Below are positions 27,439-37,631 of a stretch of 64,000 bases of DNA, in pieces. The translations under genes were made by a program, and so were the position numbers. The notes under the pieces were generated by a model. The model worked only from the letters and a program-made list of their open reading frames with translations. It was not told the DNA's origin and ran no database searches. The DNA comes from Rhodospirillales bacterium (GTDB lineage: Bacteria; Pseudomonadota; Alphaproteobacteria; MPNO01; UBA2964): the NCBI GenBank assembly GCA_038116945.1, contig JAYOEY010000003.1, positions 128,662-192,661 of the forward strand, written 5' to 3'. Numbering within the stretch: the first letter of the stretch is position 1; each line of letters starts with the position of its first letter.

Positions 27439-30179
27439 CGCGGTCGATATCCTTCACGGTCAACGGCGCGCCCGTTTCGGTCGAGACCGATCCGGCGCGA
27501 CGGCTGGGCCATGTGCTGCGCGAGGAGCTTGGCCTGACCGGGACGAAGATCGGCTGCGATGCGGGCGATTGCGGCGCCTGCACGGTTCTGCTCGACGGCA
27601 ATCCGGTGTGCTCCTGCATGGTCTCGGCGGCACAGGCATCGGAATGCGATGTCCGGACGGTGGAAGGCCTCTCGGAAAACGGTGTGCCCTCCCCGCTGCA
27701 AGAGGCCTTTCATATGTTCGGCGCAGCGCAGTGCGGCATCTGCACGCCGGGAATGCTGATGGCCGCCCGTTCCCTGCTCGACCGCGTGGAAAACCCCACC
27801 GAAAGCCAGATCGAGGACGCGCTGGGAGGCGTTCTGTGCCGCTGCACCGGCTACAGGAAGATCGTCGATGCAGTCCTTCATGTCGCGAACCCTGAGACGG
27901 CCGGCATCGAAAGGCCCGGACCCGGCGCGGCTGTCGGGGCGCGGGCGCTCAAGCGCGACGGCGAGGAACGGGTTACGGGCGCCGCGACATTCGGTGCGGA
28001 CGCCGCCCCCGCGGATGCGCTGTGGCTTCGCACCGTGCGGTCGCCGCACTGGCACGCAACCTTCGCCCTCGGCGATTTCGGCCCGCTACTGAAAAAATAC
28101 CCGGGCCTGGTCCGCATCCTCGCCGCGGCGGACATCCCCGGCAATAACGGCTACGGCGTCTATCCTGACGTCAAGGACCAGCCTGTGCTGGCCGACGGCG
28201 TCGTGCGCTATCGCGGCGAGGCAGTCCTGGCTCTGGTCGGCGACCGCGATACCGTCGAGGCAATCCGCGACGAAGACCTGCCGCTAAAATGGACAGTGCT
28301 GGACGCGGTGCAGGGATTCGATGCGCCGCGCGCGGCGGGTGCGCCGTCGGTGCAGCCGGACTGGCCCGACAATCACCTAGCCGACGGGCTGGTTGCAAAG
28401 GGCGACGCCGACGCAGCCCTTGCCGCCTCGGAGGTCGTCGTTTCCTGCAATGTCGAAACCGGCTTCGTGGAGCACGCCTATATCGAACCGGAGGCAGGCT
28501 GGGCGCGTCGCGTCGGCGCCCGGATCGAGATCACGGTTTCCACCCAGACGCCCTATATGGACCGCGACGAGGTCGCGCAGATCATGGGCATGGCGCCCGA
28601 AAACATCCGCATTGTCCCGACCGCCTGCGGCGGCGGGTTTGGCGGCAAGCTCGATCTGTCGGTCCAGCCGCTTCTGGCGGTCGCCGCCTGGCTGCTGGAC
28701 CGGCCGGTTCGCTGCACCTGGAACCGGCGCGAATCCATGGCCGCGACATCGAAGCGCCACCCGGCCCGGATATCCGCGCGTTACGCCTGCGACAGGGACG
28801 GCAATCTGCAGGGATTCTCCTTCGACGGGCTGTTCAATACCGGCGCCTACGTCTCATGGGGACTCACCGTGAAGGACCGCGTGCCGATCCATGCCTCCGG
28901 CCCCTATTTCGTGCCGAACGTCCGCGCCGCCTCGCATGCCTGGTTCGCGCATGAGACGCCGGCCGGTGCGTTCCGCGGTTTCGGCGTGCCGCAGGCCGCC
29001 ATCGCGCACGATGCCTGCATGGACATGATGGCGGAAGAATGCGGCATCGACCCGCTCGAGTTCCGGCTGAAGAACGCGATCCGCAAGGGACAGGAGACGG
29101 CGACGGGACAGACCCTGGAAAGCGCGGGGCTGGATCAGTGCCTGGAAGCGCTGCGGGACGACTGGCGCGCGTGGCGATCTTCGGCGGAATCATTCAACGC
29201 CGGCGCGGACGGGCCGCTGCGCCGGGGCGTCGGGGTGGGGTGCATGTGGTACGGCTGCGGCAACACGTCGCTCGCCAACCCGTCGACCATGCGCATCGGC
29301 GTCTCGGCGGACGGCAGGATCACGCTGTATTCCGGAGCACAGGATATCGGACAGGGCACCAACACGACGATGGTGCAGGCGGCCGCCGACGGGCTCGGCG
29401 TCGCGATGGCGGATATCGGTCTGGTCTGGGGCGACACGGACCTGACCGCCGATGCCGGAAAGAGCTCGGCCTCGCGCCAGGCCTACGTGTCGGGCAACGC
29501 CGCCAAGCGCGCCGGCGAGGATTTACGGGCGCAGATCCTGCGTCTCGCCAATGTCGGCGACGGGGCCGTCATCGCGGTGGAGGATAACGGGCTGACGGTC
29601 AGGGAAGGTGCAACCGCGCACAGGCTCGACCTTGCCTCGCTTCCATCCGGCGGGAACGGCGACGTGCTGACGGGCGAAGGATACTTCGATCCTCCGACCT
29701 CGCCGCTCGACGCCGACGGTCAAGGCAGACCCTACGCCACCTACGGCTTCGCCGCCCAGATCGCGGAGGTCGAGGTGGATATCGAGCTCGGTACGGTAAA
29801 GGTTCTGCGCATGGGCGCCGCGCACGATGTCGGCAGGGCGCTCAATCCGCAACAGGTGGAAGGCCAGATCGAAGGCGGCATCGCGCAGGGGCTCGGCTTC
29901 GCGCTGATGGAGGAATTCGTCCCGGGCCGGACCGAGAATTTACACGATTACCTGATCCCGACGATCGGCGACGTTCCGCCGATTACCTGTCATATCGTCG
30001 AGGATCCGGAACCTACCGGCCCCTGGGGCGCAAAAGGGATCGGCGAACCGGCGCTCTGCGCCACCGCGCCGGCCATCTTCGGCGCCATCCATCACGCGAC
30101 CGGCGTCCGCGTCCTGCGCGCGCCCTGTACGCCCGACCGTTTGCGCGCGGCGCTTCGGGAGAGGCATTCCCCCTCGTGA
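27435..30179 (+). CDS. Molybdenum hydroxylase, fused [2Fe-2S]2 + molybdopterin subunit (nicotinate dehydrogenase-like)
   Basis: GCDAGDCGAC, QCGICTPG, CRCTGY, GGGFGGK, AFRGFG, GCMWYGCGNT, SSASRQ, KGIGE. Confidence 0.85.
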   Translation: MTRSISFTVNGAPVSVETDPARRLGHVLREELGLTGTKIGCDAGDCGACTVLLDGNPVCSCMVSAAQASECDVRTVEGLSENGVPSPLQEAFHMFGAAQCGICTPGMLMAARSLLDRVENPTESQIEDALGGVLCRCTGYRKIVDAVLHVANPETAGIERPGPGAAVGARALKRDGEERVTGAATFGADAAPADALWLRTVRSPHWHATFALGDFGPLLKKYPGLVRILAAADIPGNNGYGVYPDVKDQPVLADGVVRYRGEAVLALVGDRDTVEAIRDEDLPLKWTVLDAVQGFDAPRAAGAPSVQPDWPDNHLADGLVAKGDADAALAASEVVVSCNVETGFVEHAYIEPEAGWARRVGARIEITVSTQTPYMDRDEVAQIMGMAPENIRIVPTACGGGFGGKLDLSVQPLLAVAAWLLDRPVRCTWNRRESMAATSKRHPARISARYACDRDGNLQGFSFDGLFNTGAYVSWGLTVKDRVPIHASGPYFVPNVRAASHAWFAHETPAGAFRGFGVPQAAIAHDACMDMMAEECGIDPLEFRLKNAIRKGQETATGQTLESAGLDQCLEALRDDWRAWRSSAESFNAGADGPLRRGVGVGCMWYGCGNTSLANPSTMRIGVSADGRITLYSGAQDIGQGTNTTMVQAAADGLGVAMADIGLVWGDTDLTADAGKSSASRQAYVSGNAAKRAGEDLRAQILRLANVGDGAVIAVEDNGLTVREGATAHRLDLASLPSGGNGDVLTGEGYFDPPTSPLDADGQGRPYATYGFAAQIAEVEVDIELGTVKVLRMGAAHDVGRALNPQQVEGQIEGGIAQGLGFALMEEFVPGRTENLHDYLIPTIGDVPPITCHIVEDPEPTGPWGAKGIGEPALCATAPAIFGAIHHATGVRVLRAPCTPDRLRAALRERHSPS

Positions 30180-30208
30180 CCGGGGGCATCCGCCCGCAGG
30201 AACTGGCC

Positions 30209-30583
30209 ATGATGTCGACGACGCCGTCCGCCCGTACCCTTCTCGCCCTTCTGGCCGTGCTGCTCAACACGTTGCTGCCGGTTGGCTGGAGCATGGCGGC
30301 GCCGACCGGCAACCCGATTGGCGACAGCGTTCTCTGCCTCGCCTCGGGCGGCACGGTCACGGCCCCGGCGACAGGCGAAGACATTCCTGCCGACTCCACC
30401 GCTACCGGCGGCCATTGCAAGATCTGCCCGTTGCCGCTGGCGAACGCCTTGCCGTCGGCGGGCGCGGCGCGCCTGACAATGCCCGCGGCGCAAAAGGAAA
30501 AAACGTCGATCCTCTTCGCCGGACGCCTGGTCCCGAAAAAACCCGGACTTGCGCCGATCCCGGCAAGGGGGCCGCCCGCCTGA
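30209..30583 (+). CDS. DUF2946-like leader protein (TM, CxxC, C-terminal RGPP)
   Basis: LLAVLLNTLLP hydrophobic segment, LC, HCKIC and terminal PARGPPA, upstream of a copper chaperone. Confidence 0.75.
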   Translation: MMSTTPSARTLLALLAVLLNTLLPVGWSMAAPTGNPIGDSVLCLASGGTVTAPATGEDIPADSTATGGHCKICPLPLANALPSAGAARLTMPAAQKEKTSILFAGRLVPKKPGLAPIPARGPPA

Positions 30584-30637
30584 CGATCTTTCCAGTTTCG
30601 ACAAAGCTACCAGTCAAACCCGTTCGAGGGATCGATC

Positions 30638-31186
30638 ATGAAATCATTGGCAATCCTGACGGCAGCAGCCGCCATGATAACCGCGCCGGCACTTTACGCC
30701 CAGCGCATGCACGACAACGCGAACCACGGCAACAAGGAGCATGGCCTGTCACCCGGCCATGCGATGCCGATGGAAAACGGCGTCTCGATAGAGGCAGCCT
30801 GGGCCCGGGCGTCCGTCGGAAAGAACGGTGCGGCCTACGCCACCCTGATCAACCGGGGACACCAGGGCGACCGGCTCATCGCCACAAAATCACCGGCCGC
30901 CAGGCGCGCTGAAATTCACACCCATTTCATGGAAGGCAATGTGATGAAAATGCGGCGCGTGAAGTACGGCATCGCGCTGGAACCCGGCAAAACGGTCAAG
31001 ATGATGCCCGGCGGGTTTCACGTCATGCTGATGGGGCTGCACGGAAAGCTGGTCAAAGGCGAGACATTTCCGATCACGTTCGTCTTTGAAAAGGCCGGCG
31101 AGATCCGGGTTCCGGTCAGGATCGGCGATGTCGGCGCGATGAATCCGCATGGCAGCCGCATGAACCATGGCGACCACAAGCACTAG
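30638..31186 (+). CDS. Periplasmic copper chaperone PCu(A)C
   Basis: Signal peptide, AWARAS, EIHTH..MKMR..PGGFHVMLMGL, with His/Met-rich termini. Confidence 0.9.
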   Translation: MKSLAILTAAAAMITAPALYAQRMHDNANHGNKEHGLSPGHAMPMENGVSIEAAWARASVGKNGAAYATLINRGHQGDRLIATKSPAARRAEIHTHFMEGNVMKMRRVKYGIALEPGKTVKMMPGGFHVMLMGLHGKLVKGETFPITFVFEKAGEIRVPVRIGDVGAMNPHGSRMNHGDHKH

Positions 31187-31194
31187 GCGGGGTC

Positions 31195-32262
31195 TCAGCC
31201 CGAATTTTCGATCCGGGCGACGAGGGCATCGCCGAATGCCTTCGTGCCGCCCAGCCCGCCGAGGTCCCGCGTCCTCGTAGCGTCGTCGGCCAGCAGCGCA
31301 TCCGTACCGTCGGCCAGGCACACCGCCGCGCCGGCCAGCCGGTTATCTCCGGATTTCGCGCCAAGATGGTCCAGCAGCATCGCCGTCGAATGCAGGATGG
31401 CCGCGGGGTTTGCGATATCCTGACCGGCTATGTCTGGCGCCGACCCGTGTGCCGCCTGCGCCACGGCATGGGCGTCGCCCGCGTTGAGCGACGCGGCCAG
31501 TCCAAGCCCGCCGGACAGTTCGGCCGCCTCGTCGGAAAGGATGTCTCCGAACATGTTGCTGGTCACGATGACGTCGAAGCGTTGCGGTTCGCGCACCAGA
31601 AGAGCGGCCATGGCATCGACGATCACGTCATCGACCGCAATGTCCGGGTAGGCGGACGCGACCTCGCGCGCCGTATCGAGAAACAGCCCGCTGTATTTCT
31701 TGAGGACATTCGCCTTGTGCACGATCGTCAGTCGCCGGTTGCGCCGCATGGCGAGTTCGCAGGCTGCGACGGCGATGCGACGGCAGCCTTCGCGGGTCGC
31801 CTTCCCGACCGCGAGCGCAACGTCTTCGGTCGGCATGAACTCGCCGGACCCCCAGGCCATGTTTCGGTCGGCGTAGAAGCCTTCCGTATTTTCCCGCACG
31901 ATGACCAGGTCCATCGCCGGAACATGCGCCGGCACGCCGGGTCGGACTGCGCTGGGCCGGATATTGGCGTAGAGGTCGAGACGGGTCCGCGCCCAGGCGG
32001 AAACATTTATTCCGCCTTCGGAATTCGGGGGGTAGGCATGCGTCGATACGGGCCCCAGCACGACGCCGTCAGCGGCGCGCGCTTTCTGCTGAACGGCCTC
32101 GGGCATGGTCGAACCGCAAGCTTCGAGACTGTCGAACCCGATGTCGGCGCGTTCGAAGTCGATCCCCAGAGAGAACCTGTCGTTGAGCGCGGCCAGAGCG
32201 CGCGCGGCGACATCGACGATTTCCGGTCCGATTCCGTCCCCGGGCAGGATCAGCATTTTCAT
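31195..32262 (-). CDS. Isocitrate/isopropylmalate dehydrogenase family protein
   Basis: LPGDGIGPE, RENTEG, VHKANV, NMFGDILSD, HGSAPDIAG. Confidence 0.88.
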   Translation of the reverse strand: MKMLILPGDGIGPEIVDVAARALAALNDRFSLGIDFERADIGFDSLEACGSTMPEAVQQKARAADGVVLGPVSTHAYPPNSEGGINVSAWARTRLDLYANIRPSAVRPGVPAHVPAMDLVIVRENTEGFYADRNMAWGSGEFMPTEDVALAVGKATREGCRRIAVAACELAMRRNRRLTIVHKANVLKKYSGLFLDTAREVASAYPDIAVDDVIVDAMAALLVREPQRFDVIVTSNMFGDILSDEAAELSGGLGLAASLNAGDAHAVAQAAHGSAPDIAGQDIANPAAILHSTAMLLDHLGAKSGDNRLAGAAVCLADGTDALLADDATRTRDLGGLGGTKAFGDALVARIENSG

Positions 32263-32355
32263 GATTTCATCCCCTTCGGCCGCCCGACTGCAGCCGGCGC
32301 GGACACTAGATCATTTTATTCCGGATGGGAATTTGCGAACCGGATCCGCGAACAG

Positions 32356-32811
32356 CTATCCGCTGCTCCGAGGCGGCGCCATGACCGCCGAAACGGCCGA
32401 GAGTTTGCCTGAGGCGTGGTCGCGCAACGTCCTGTCCGCATTCCGAAGATAGGTAAGCAGCGTCGAAACGGACCATTCGCGTTCGATCCTGTTGCAGAAC
32501 TCTTCATCGAGCGAGAGACCGTCGCTCTGGATCTCCTGAACGAATTCCCGGAGTTCGTTATAGGCGATCATCAGACGGTCATGGTCGAGCTCCGGCGCCG
32601 ACCGACCGGCGCCCGTTTCCGACGCCGGCGCGGGGCCGCCCTCCCGAGCGCCCGTCTCGTAAGCCGCTTTCAGCGTTTCCGCCAGATTTGCGACACGCTC
32701 GAGCCAGTCGGGCCGATGCGGCAGCAATCCCTCGACAGCGGTAACTGTCAGAGCCAGCGCCGTGGCCACAATGCTGCAGACTATTTTCTTAGCGGTTTCG
32801 AAAAAATCCAT
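32356..32811 (-). CDS. Hypothetical protein
   Basis: ~150 aa ORF with an N-terminal hydrophobic stretch filling the intergenic gap. No recognised motif. Confidence 0.5.
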   Translation of the reverse strand: MDFFETAKKIVCSIVATALALTVTAVEGLLPHRPDWLERVANLAETLKAAYETGAREGGPAPASETGAGRSAPELDHDRLMIAYNELREFVQEIQSDGLSLDEEFCNRIEREWSVSTLLTYLRNADRTLRDHASGKLSAVSAVMAPPRSSG

Positions 32812-32944
32812 GCTCGTCCCCAACGGTTGGATCAACAGCTACCATGATCCCGTATACGGATGGTTAACCGCCTGCATCGCATTAACCATCCGAAAAGATC
32901 GGCCCGTTACCATGGCTGGCTGAACAAATCGTGGAATATTTACA

Positions 32945-33637
32945 TTGAAACTTTCACACGAAATGCTCTTCCCGGAGAGCTTTACGGAACCGATGATCAA
33001 ACTGGCCAGGGCCGCCGCCCGCGGCGATGTCGAGGCACAGCTGGGAATGGCCGAAATGTACCGCCTGGGACAGGGGGTGCCCGCCAACTCCCGAGAAGCA
33101 TCGGTCTGGTACAAGAGAGCCTTCAGCGGCGGGTCGGTCGAAGCGCGCTATCGTCTGGGGAAACTCATGATGACGCGCGAAATGAATGAAGGAAACTCGG
33201 ACAGGGCCGTGGAGTTGCTGACCGAGGCGGCGACGGCGGGACACCGCGCGGCCATGGTCACTCTGGGAAACATGTTTGCGCGCGGAACCGGCGTGGAAAA
33301 AGACCTCGCTGGGGCCGCGCACTGGTATGAAAAGGCCGCGTTTCTTGGCGACGCCGGCTCGCAGTTCGTGTACGGCGTGATGTTGCGGGACGGAAAGGGG
33401 GTCGAGGCGGACCCGCTTGCCGCTTTCGTCTGGATATCCCGGTCGCTCCGCAACGGGCTGGCGCCGAAATCGCGCAGCGCCGCGCTCTCTGCGCGAAAAG
33501 CGGCGCAGGCCATGCTGACGCCGGACGAGCTGGTTCGCGCGCAGAACGCGGCATCCGCTCCCGGCAACGGCCCCGTCCATGCCGCGAGGCGAAGTTCAGA
33601 CGGAGAATCCGGCAAAGACGTCGGCAGCGCCGCCTGA
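32945..33637 (+). CDS. Sel1-like repeat protein
   Basis: Repeats AQLGMAEMYRLGQGV, LGNMFARGTGVEKD..AAHWYEKAA and YGVMLRDGKGV. Confidence 0.85.
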   Translation: MKLSHEMLFPESFTEPMIKLARAAARGDVEAQLGMAEMYRLGQGVPANSREASVWYKRAFSGGSVEARYRLGKLMMTREMNEGNSDRAVELLTEAATAGHRAAMVTLGNMFARGTGVEKDLAGAAHWYEKAAFLGDAGSQFVYGVMLRDGKGVEADPLAAFVWISRSLRNGLAPKSRSAALSARKAAQAMLTPDELVRAQNAASAPGNGPVHAARRSSDGESGKDVGSAA

Positions 33638-33723
33638 CGACCGAACCGGCCGCAGGATTTCCCGCCCCCGGACAGGGGCACCGGCCGGTTCCTCCCGACA
33701 TGATTCCGCGATAGATTCGGCGC

Positions 33724-34884
33724 ATGGCCGTTCCGTCTTTCATCGCCGACAGCCGCGAGGACGCCCGCTTCCGGGCCGAGGTCCGCGCCTGGCTGGAAGA
33801 AAACCTGCCGCCGGAGCTGCGCGGCATGGCGCGCCGGCCGACACCCGAGGAAGCCCTGCCCTGGCACCGGAAGCTGTACGAGCGCGGCTGGATCGCGCCC
33901 GGCTGGCCGGAAGAACATGGCGGGATGGGCGCGTCGCTGGCACAGCAGCTGATCCTGCAGGAAGAGCTCGGCCGCGCGGGCGCGCCGACGCTTTCGCGCC
34001 AGGGGCTCGGCCATATCGGCCCGATCCTGATGCGCTACGGCACCGACGAACAGAAGGCCCGGCACCTGCCGAAAATCCTGTCGGGCGAGGTCCACTGGGC
34101 GCAGGGTTATTCCGAGCCGGGATCGGGCTCGGACCTTGCCAGCCTGACGACGCGCGCCGTGGCTGACGGCGACGATTTCATCGTCAACGGCCGCAAGATA
34201 TGGACCACCATGGCGCAATACGCGGACTGGATGTACGCGCTGGTCCGAACCGATCCGGACGCGCCCCGCAAGCAGCTCGGCATCTCGATCATCCTGATCG
34301 ATCTAACCACGCCCGGAATCTCGATCCGTCCGATCCGCACCATCGCGGACGAGGAGGAATTCGCCGAATGCACGTTCGAGGACGTGCGCGTGCCAAGGGG
34401 AAACGTGATCGGAGCGGTCAATGACGGCTGGCGGATCGCCCGGTCCCTGCTCGACCACGAGCGCATCGGCAACGCCAGCCCGCAGTTTGCCCTCGATTTG
34501 CTCGACCGGGTCAGGCGCGTTGCAACAGCTACCGGCGTCATCGAGGATGTCGCGTTCCGGGACCGGCTAGCAGCGGCGGAAATCGACGTCCTGTCGCAGG
34601 CGGCGATCTTCGCGCATGCCGTCGGCATGGCGCAGGCGGACATGCCGATCGGCTCCAGCTCATCCTTCATCAAGATCGTCGCGACCGAGAACGTCCAGAA
34701 GGTCGCCGACCTGCTGCTGGAAGCCGCCGGGCCGCACGGCGGCGACGCCCGGCCGGTGGAAACGGAAGAAGGCCCCGTCGACGTCTCCAAGATCTGGCGC
34801 GATGTCCGTAAACAGACGATTTACGCCGGATCGAACGAAATCCAGCGGACCATCATCGCAAGGCGGGTTCTCGACCTGCCCTGA
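33724..34884 (+). CDS. Acyl-CoA dehydrogenase (FadE/PimC-like subtype)
   Basis: WAQGYSEPGSGSDLASL, NGRKIWTT, TIYAGSNEIQR. Confidence 0.9.
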   Translation: MAVPSFIADSREDARFRAEVRAWLEENLPPELRGMARRPTPEEALPWHRKLYERGWIAPGWPEEHGGMGASLAQQLILQEELGRAGAPTLSRQGLGHIGPILMRYGTDEQKARHLPKILSGEVHWAQGYSEPGSGSDLASLTTRAVADGDDFIVNGRKIWTTMAQYADWMYALVRTDPDAPRKQLGISIILIDLTTPGISIRPIRTIADEEEFAECTFEDVRVPRGNVIGAVNDGWRIARSLLDHERIGNASPQFALDLLDRVRRVATATGVIEDVAFRDRLAAAEIDVLSQAAIFAHAVGMAQADMPIGSSSSFIKIVATENVQKVADLLLEAAGPHGGDARPVETEEGPVDVSKIWRDVRKQTIYAGSNEIQRTIIARRVLDLP

Positions 34885-34913
34885 TGACTTGACCGAAGCC
34901 GGGCCGGCCCTCC

Positions 34914-35750
34914 CTAACTTTCCAGCTGCTCGATAAAGGTCGGCTCTTCGCGCGACCCGTCTGCGGCATCGCCGGGCGCAAGATCGGGGTTCCACAGCTT
35001 TCCGACATAGCGCCGCGCCGTGGCGCCGTCCGACAGTCCGGACGCCAGCCATACCGCCAGCGGGTCCATGATATCGACCGGCAGCAGCACCTGCCCTTCC
35101 TTCCTTTCGCGAAGCGGATCGGTATCGGCCGCGCCACCGGGCAGGAGCGCATTGACGGTGATGTTTTCGTCCGCCAGATCGCCCGCCCAGATGATGGTTT
35201 CCGCCTCGACCGCCGCCTTGCTGACGCCGTAAGGCGAATTGCGCGGGCGCGAGAAATTGCGTCGCGAGGTGGAAACATTGACGATCTTGCCGCCGCCCGC
35301 CTCGCGAAAATATTCGACCGCCGCGCGCGTCATGAAGAACGTGCCGACCACGTTGACCATGATGGTCTGGGCGTAGATGTCCGGATCGGTCTCATGGATC
35401 GGCAGGGAATTTCCGGTCGGCGGCAGGGTTCCGCCGCGCATCAGCCGGCGTGCGTTGTTGAACACGGCGTCGAGACGGCCGAACCGGTCGACCGTCGCCT
35501 TGACCGCCGCGCGGCAGGCGGCGAGATCGGTGATATCGAGCGTCACCGCCAGAGTGCGCCCCTCGCCCAGCTCGGACTCGAGCGCCGCCGCCGCGTCCCT
35601 GCACCCGTCCCCGTCGACCGAGGCAAGAACCACCGACGCGCCGCAGCGCGCCTGCGCCGTCGCCATCGACAGGCCGAGGCCGCGGTCGCCGCCTGTCATC
35701 AGGACGACGCGGCCCGAGAGATCGATATCGGGAAGCGGATAGGTCGCCAT
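34914..35750 (-). CDS. SDR family oxidoreductase
   Basis: TGGDRGLG, FNNA, YGVSK, NALLPGG. Confidence 0.85.
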   Translation of the reverse strand: MATYPLPDIDLSGRVVLMTGGDRGLGLSMATAQARCGASVVLASVDGDGCRDAAAALESELGEGRTLAVTLDITDLAACRAAVKATVDRFGRLDAVFNNARRLMRGGTLPPTGNSLPIHETDPDIYAQTIMVNVVGTFFMTRAAVEYFREAGGGKIVNVSTSRRNFSRPRNSPYGVSKAAVEAETIIWAGDLADENITVNALLPGGAADTDPLRERKEGQVLLPVDIMDPLAVWLASGLSDGATARRYVGKLWNPDLAPGDAADGSREEPTFIEQLES

Positions 35751-35766
35751 CGAATAATGCTCCTGT

Positions 35767-36282
35767 TCAGCCGTAATTCATGTTCTGCGCGTCGCGGGCG
35801 CGGCGTTCCTCGTCGACCACCAGCCCGTGGCCGAGCGTCAGCCGGTTCATCATCGAAAACCGCGCGCAGACGCAGATCGCCTCGTGCAGCGACTGTTCGT
35901 CCCACCCCATGTCGAGCAGCGCCTGCACGTCCTCCTGCTTCACCTTCGCGGGGGTGAGCGTGAGTACCCGGATAAAGGCCAGCAACGGCTTGAGCTCGTC
36001 GCGCACCGGCGCTGTCGCGAGATCGGCGATCAGCGGATCGAACACGCTTTCGTCGTAGCCGAGCTTGATCGCAACCCGCGAATGGCCGGCATAGCAGTAA
36101 TCGGAATCGTTCAGCCGCGATGTGTAAGCCGCGATCAGCTCCTTGTCCGCGGGCGTCAGCTTGCCCTGGTTGCGCATGAAGGAACGCGAAAACAGCGACA
36201 GCCCCTCGCGGGCCTCGGGGTTATAGACGTCCCACATGGTGGCGACGGTGGCCTCCTCGGGCAAAGACGGCAGAAACGGCAT
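35767..36282 (-). CDS. Carboxymuconolactone decarboxylase/AhpD-like protein
   Basis: KELIAAYTSRLNDSDYCYAGH (the first Cys of the CxYC motif is replaced by Ser) and FSMMNR. Confidence 0.8.
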   Translation of the reverse strand: MPFLPSLPEEATVATMWDVYNPEAREGLSLFSRSFMRNQGKLTPADKELIAAYTSRLNDSDYCYAGHSRVAIKLGYDESVFDPLIADLATAPVRDELKPLLAFIRVLTLTPAKVKQEDVQALLDMGWDEQSLHEAICVCARFSMMNRLTLGHGLVVDEERRARDAQNMNYG

Positions 36283-36453
36283 GACAGGCTCTCCTTGAAA
36301 ATTCAGGGTCGCCCGAAGTATCGCACGACCGGGCGACAGCGACTAGCGGACGGGCGTGCCCCGATCAGCGCGCCCGGCACCGCGCCGGGCCGCCGTTTTC
36401 TTTTTCCGGGGAATATGGTCTAAAGACGCGACCCATGATCTGGAGAGGATGAC

Positions 36454-37443
36454 ATGACGCCGCTCAAACTGAGTATCGCTTCGACTGATTACGACCATTT
36501 CCGCGATTTCCGCACCGGCGCCGTGCGCGCCGAGGGGATCGACCACACATGGTCGATGCTGGGCCATCACGAATGTTTCGCGCGCTTCACCGCCAACCGC
36601 GAATGGGACGTGAGCGAGCTGAGCTTCGCCAAGTTCTCCGCCCAGGTGACGCGCGAGGATTCCGACATCATCGGCCTGCCCGTGGTGTGTTCGCGCCTGT
36701 TCCGCTTCTCCTCCTTCTACATCAACAAGAAATCCGGCATCAAAACCGTGCAGGACCTGAAGGGAAAGCGCGTCGGTTCGCCGGAATGGGCCCATTCCGC
36801 GGCCGTCTACATGCGCGGCTGGATGCATAACGAATGCGGCGTGACCCTGCCCGAGGTCAACTGGTACCAGGCCGGCGCCAACGCGCCGGGCCGCGTCGAG
36901 AAGGTAGAGCTCAACCTGCCCGACGGCGTCGAGATCACCCGCGTCGCCGACAAGTCGCTGTCGGAAATGCTGGCCGCCGGCGAAATCGACTGCGCCATCA
37001 TCGCCCGCCCGCCGACCTGCTTCCTGCAGGGCCATCCCGACGTCGAACGGCTGTTCCCCAACTATCTCGAGATGGAAGACGAGTACTGGGACAAGAACCA
37101 TATCTGGCCGATCATGCACATCATGGTCATGCAGAAGCATATCCTCGACGAAAACCCGTGGGTCGCGCGCAACCTCTATAACGCGTTCGACGAATCGCGC
37201 CGCCGCAGCATCGAACGCATGCTCGACCCTGCCGTGTCGCGCTACCCGCTGCCCTGGGTGCCCGCCTATGGCGAGCGCATGAAGAACAAGTTCGGCGGCG
37301 ACCCGTTCCCGTTCGGCATCGACGAAAACCGCGCCACCTGGGAACAGATGCTGCTCTACACGTACCAGCAGGGCATCGCCCACAAGCATGTGACGCCGGA
37401 GGACATTTTCCCCAAGGGGATGATGACGAAGGTGGTGGTGTGA
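36454..37443 (+). CDS. 4,5-Dihydroxyphthalate decarboxylase-like protein (periplasmic-binding-protein fold)
   Basis: LKLSIASTDYD, WDVSELS, DLKGKRVG.PE, IWPIMH, YQQG. No signal peptide. Confidence 0.8.
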   Translation: MTPLKLSIASTDYDHFRDFRTGAVRAEGIDHTWSMLGHHECFARFTANREWDVSELSFAKFSAQVTREDSDIIGLPVVCSRLFRFSSFYINKKSGIKTVQDLKGKRVGSPEWAHSAAVYMRGWMHNECGVTLPEVNWYQAGANAPGRVEKVELNLPDGVEITRVADKSLSEMLAAGEIDCAIIARPPTCFLQGHPDVERLFPNYLEMEDEYWDKNHIWPIMHIMVMQKHILDENPWVARNLYNAFDESRRRSIERMLDPAVSRYPLPWVPAYGERMKNKFGGDPFPFGIDENRATWEQMLLYTYQQGIAHKHVTPEDIFPKGMMTKVVV

Positions 37444-37507
37444 GGCTGACGGCTTAGTCGTCGCAAGCCAGGCAACAGCGCAAACCGGCCATCATCCCCT
37501 TATCATT

Positions 37508-37606
37508 CGTCATCGCCGGACTTGTTCCGGTGATCTCCTGCCGACTGTACTCCAAACGGCACAAGATGCCCGGGTCCCCTGAACGTTTCTGGGCCCGGGC
37601 ATGACG
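37508..37606. repeat. CGTC-type REP doublet
   Basis: CGTCATCGCCGGACTTGTTCCGGTGATC...GATGCCCGGG..CCCGGGCATGACG, near-identical in reverse complement to 60011-60096. Confidence 0.85.
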
Positions 37607-37631
37607 AGCTATTTAAAGACCTTGGTCGGCC

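Noticed and set aside
31195-32262. Calling this leuB as part of a leucine operon with 12366-14424
   Set aside because: It lies 17 kb away, and only family-level motifs are visible, so the substrate cannot be assigned.
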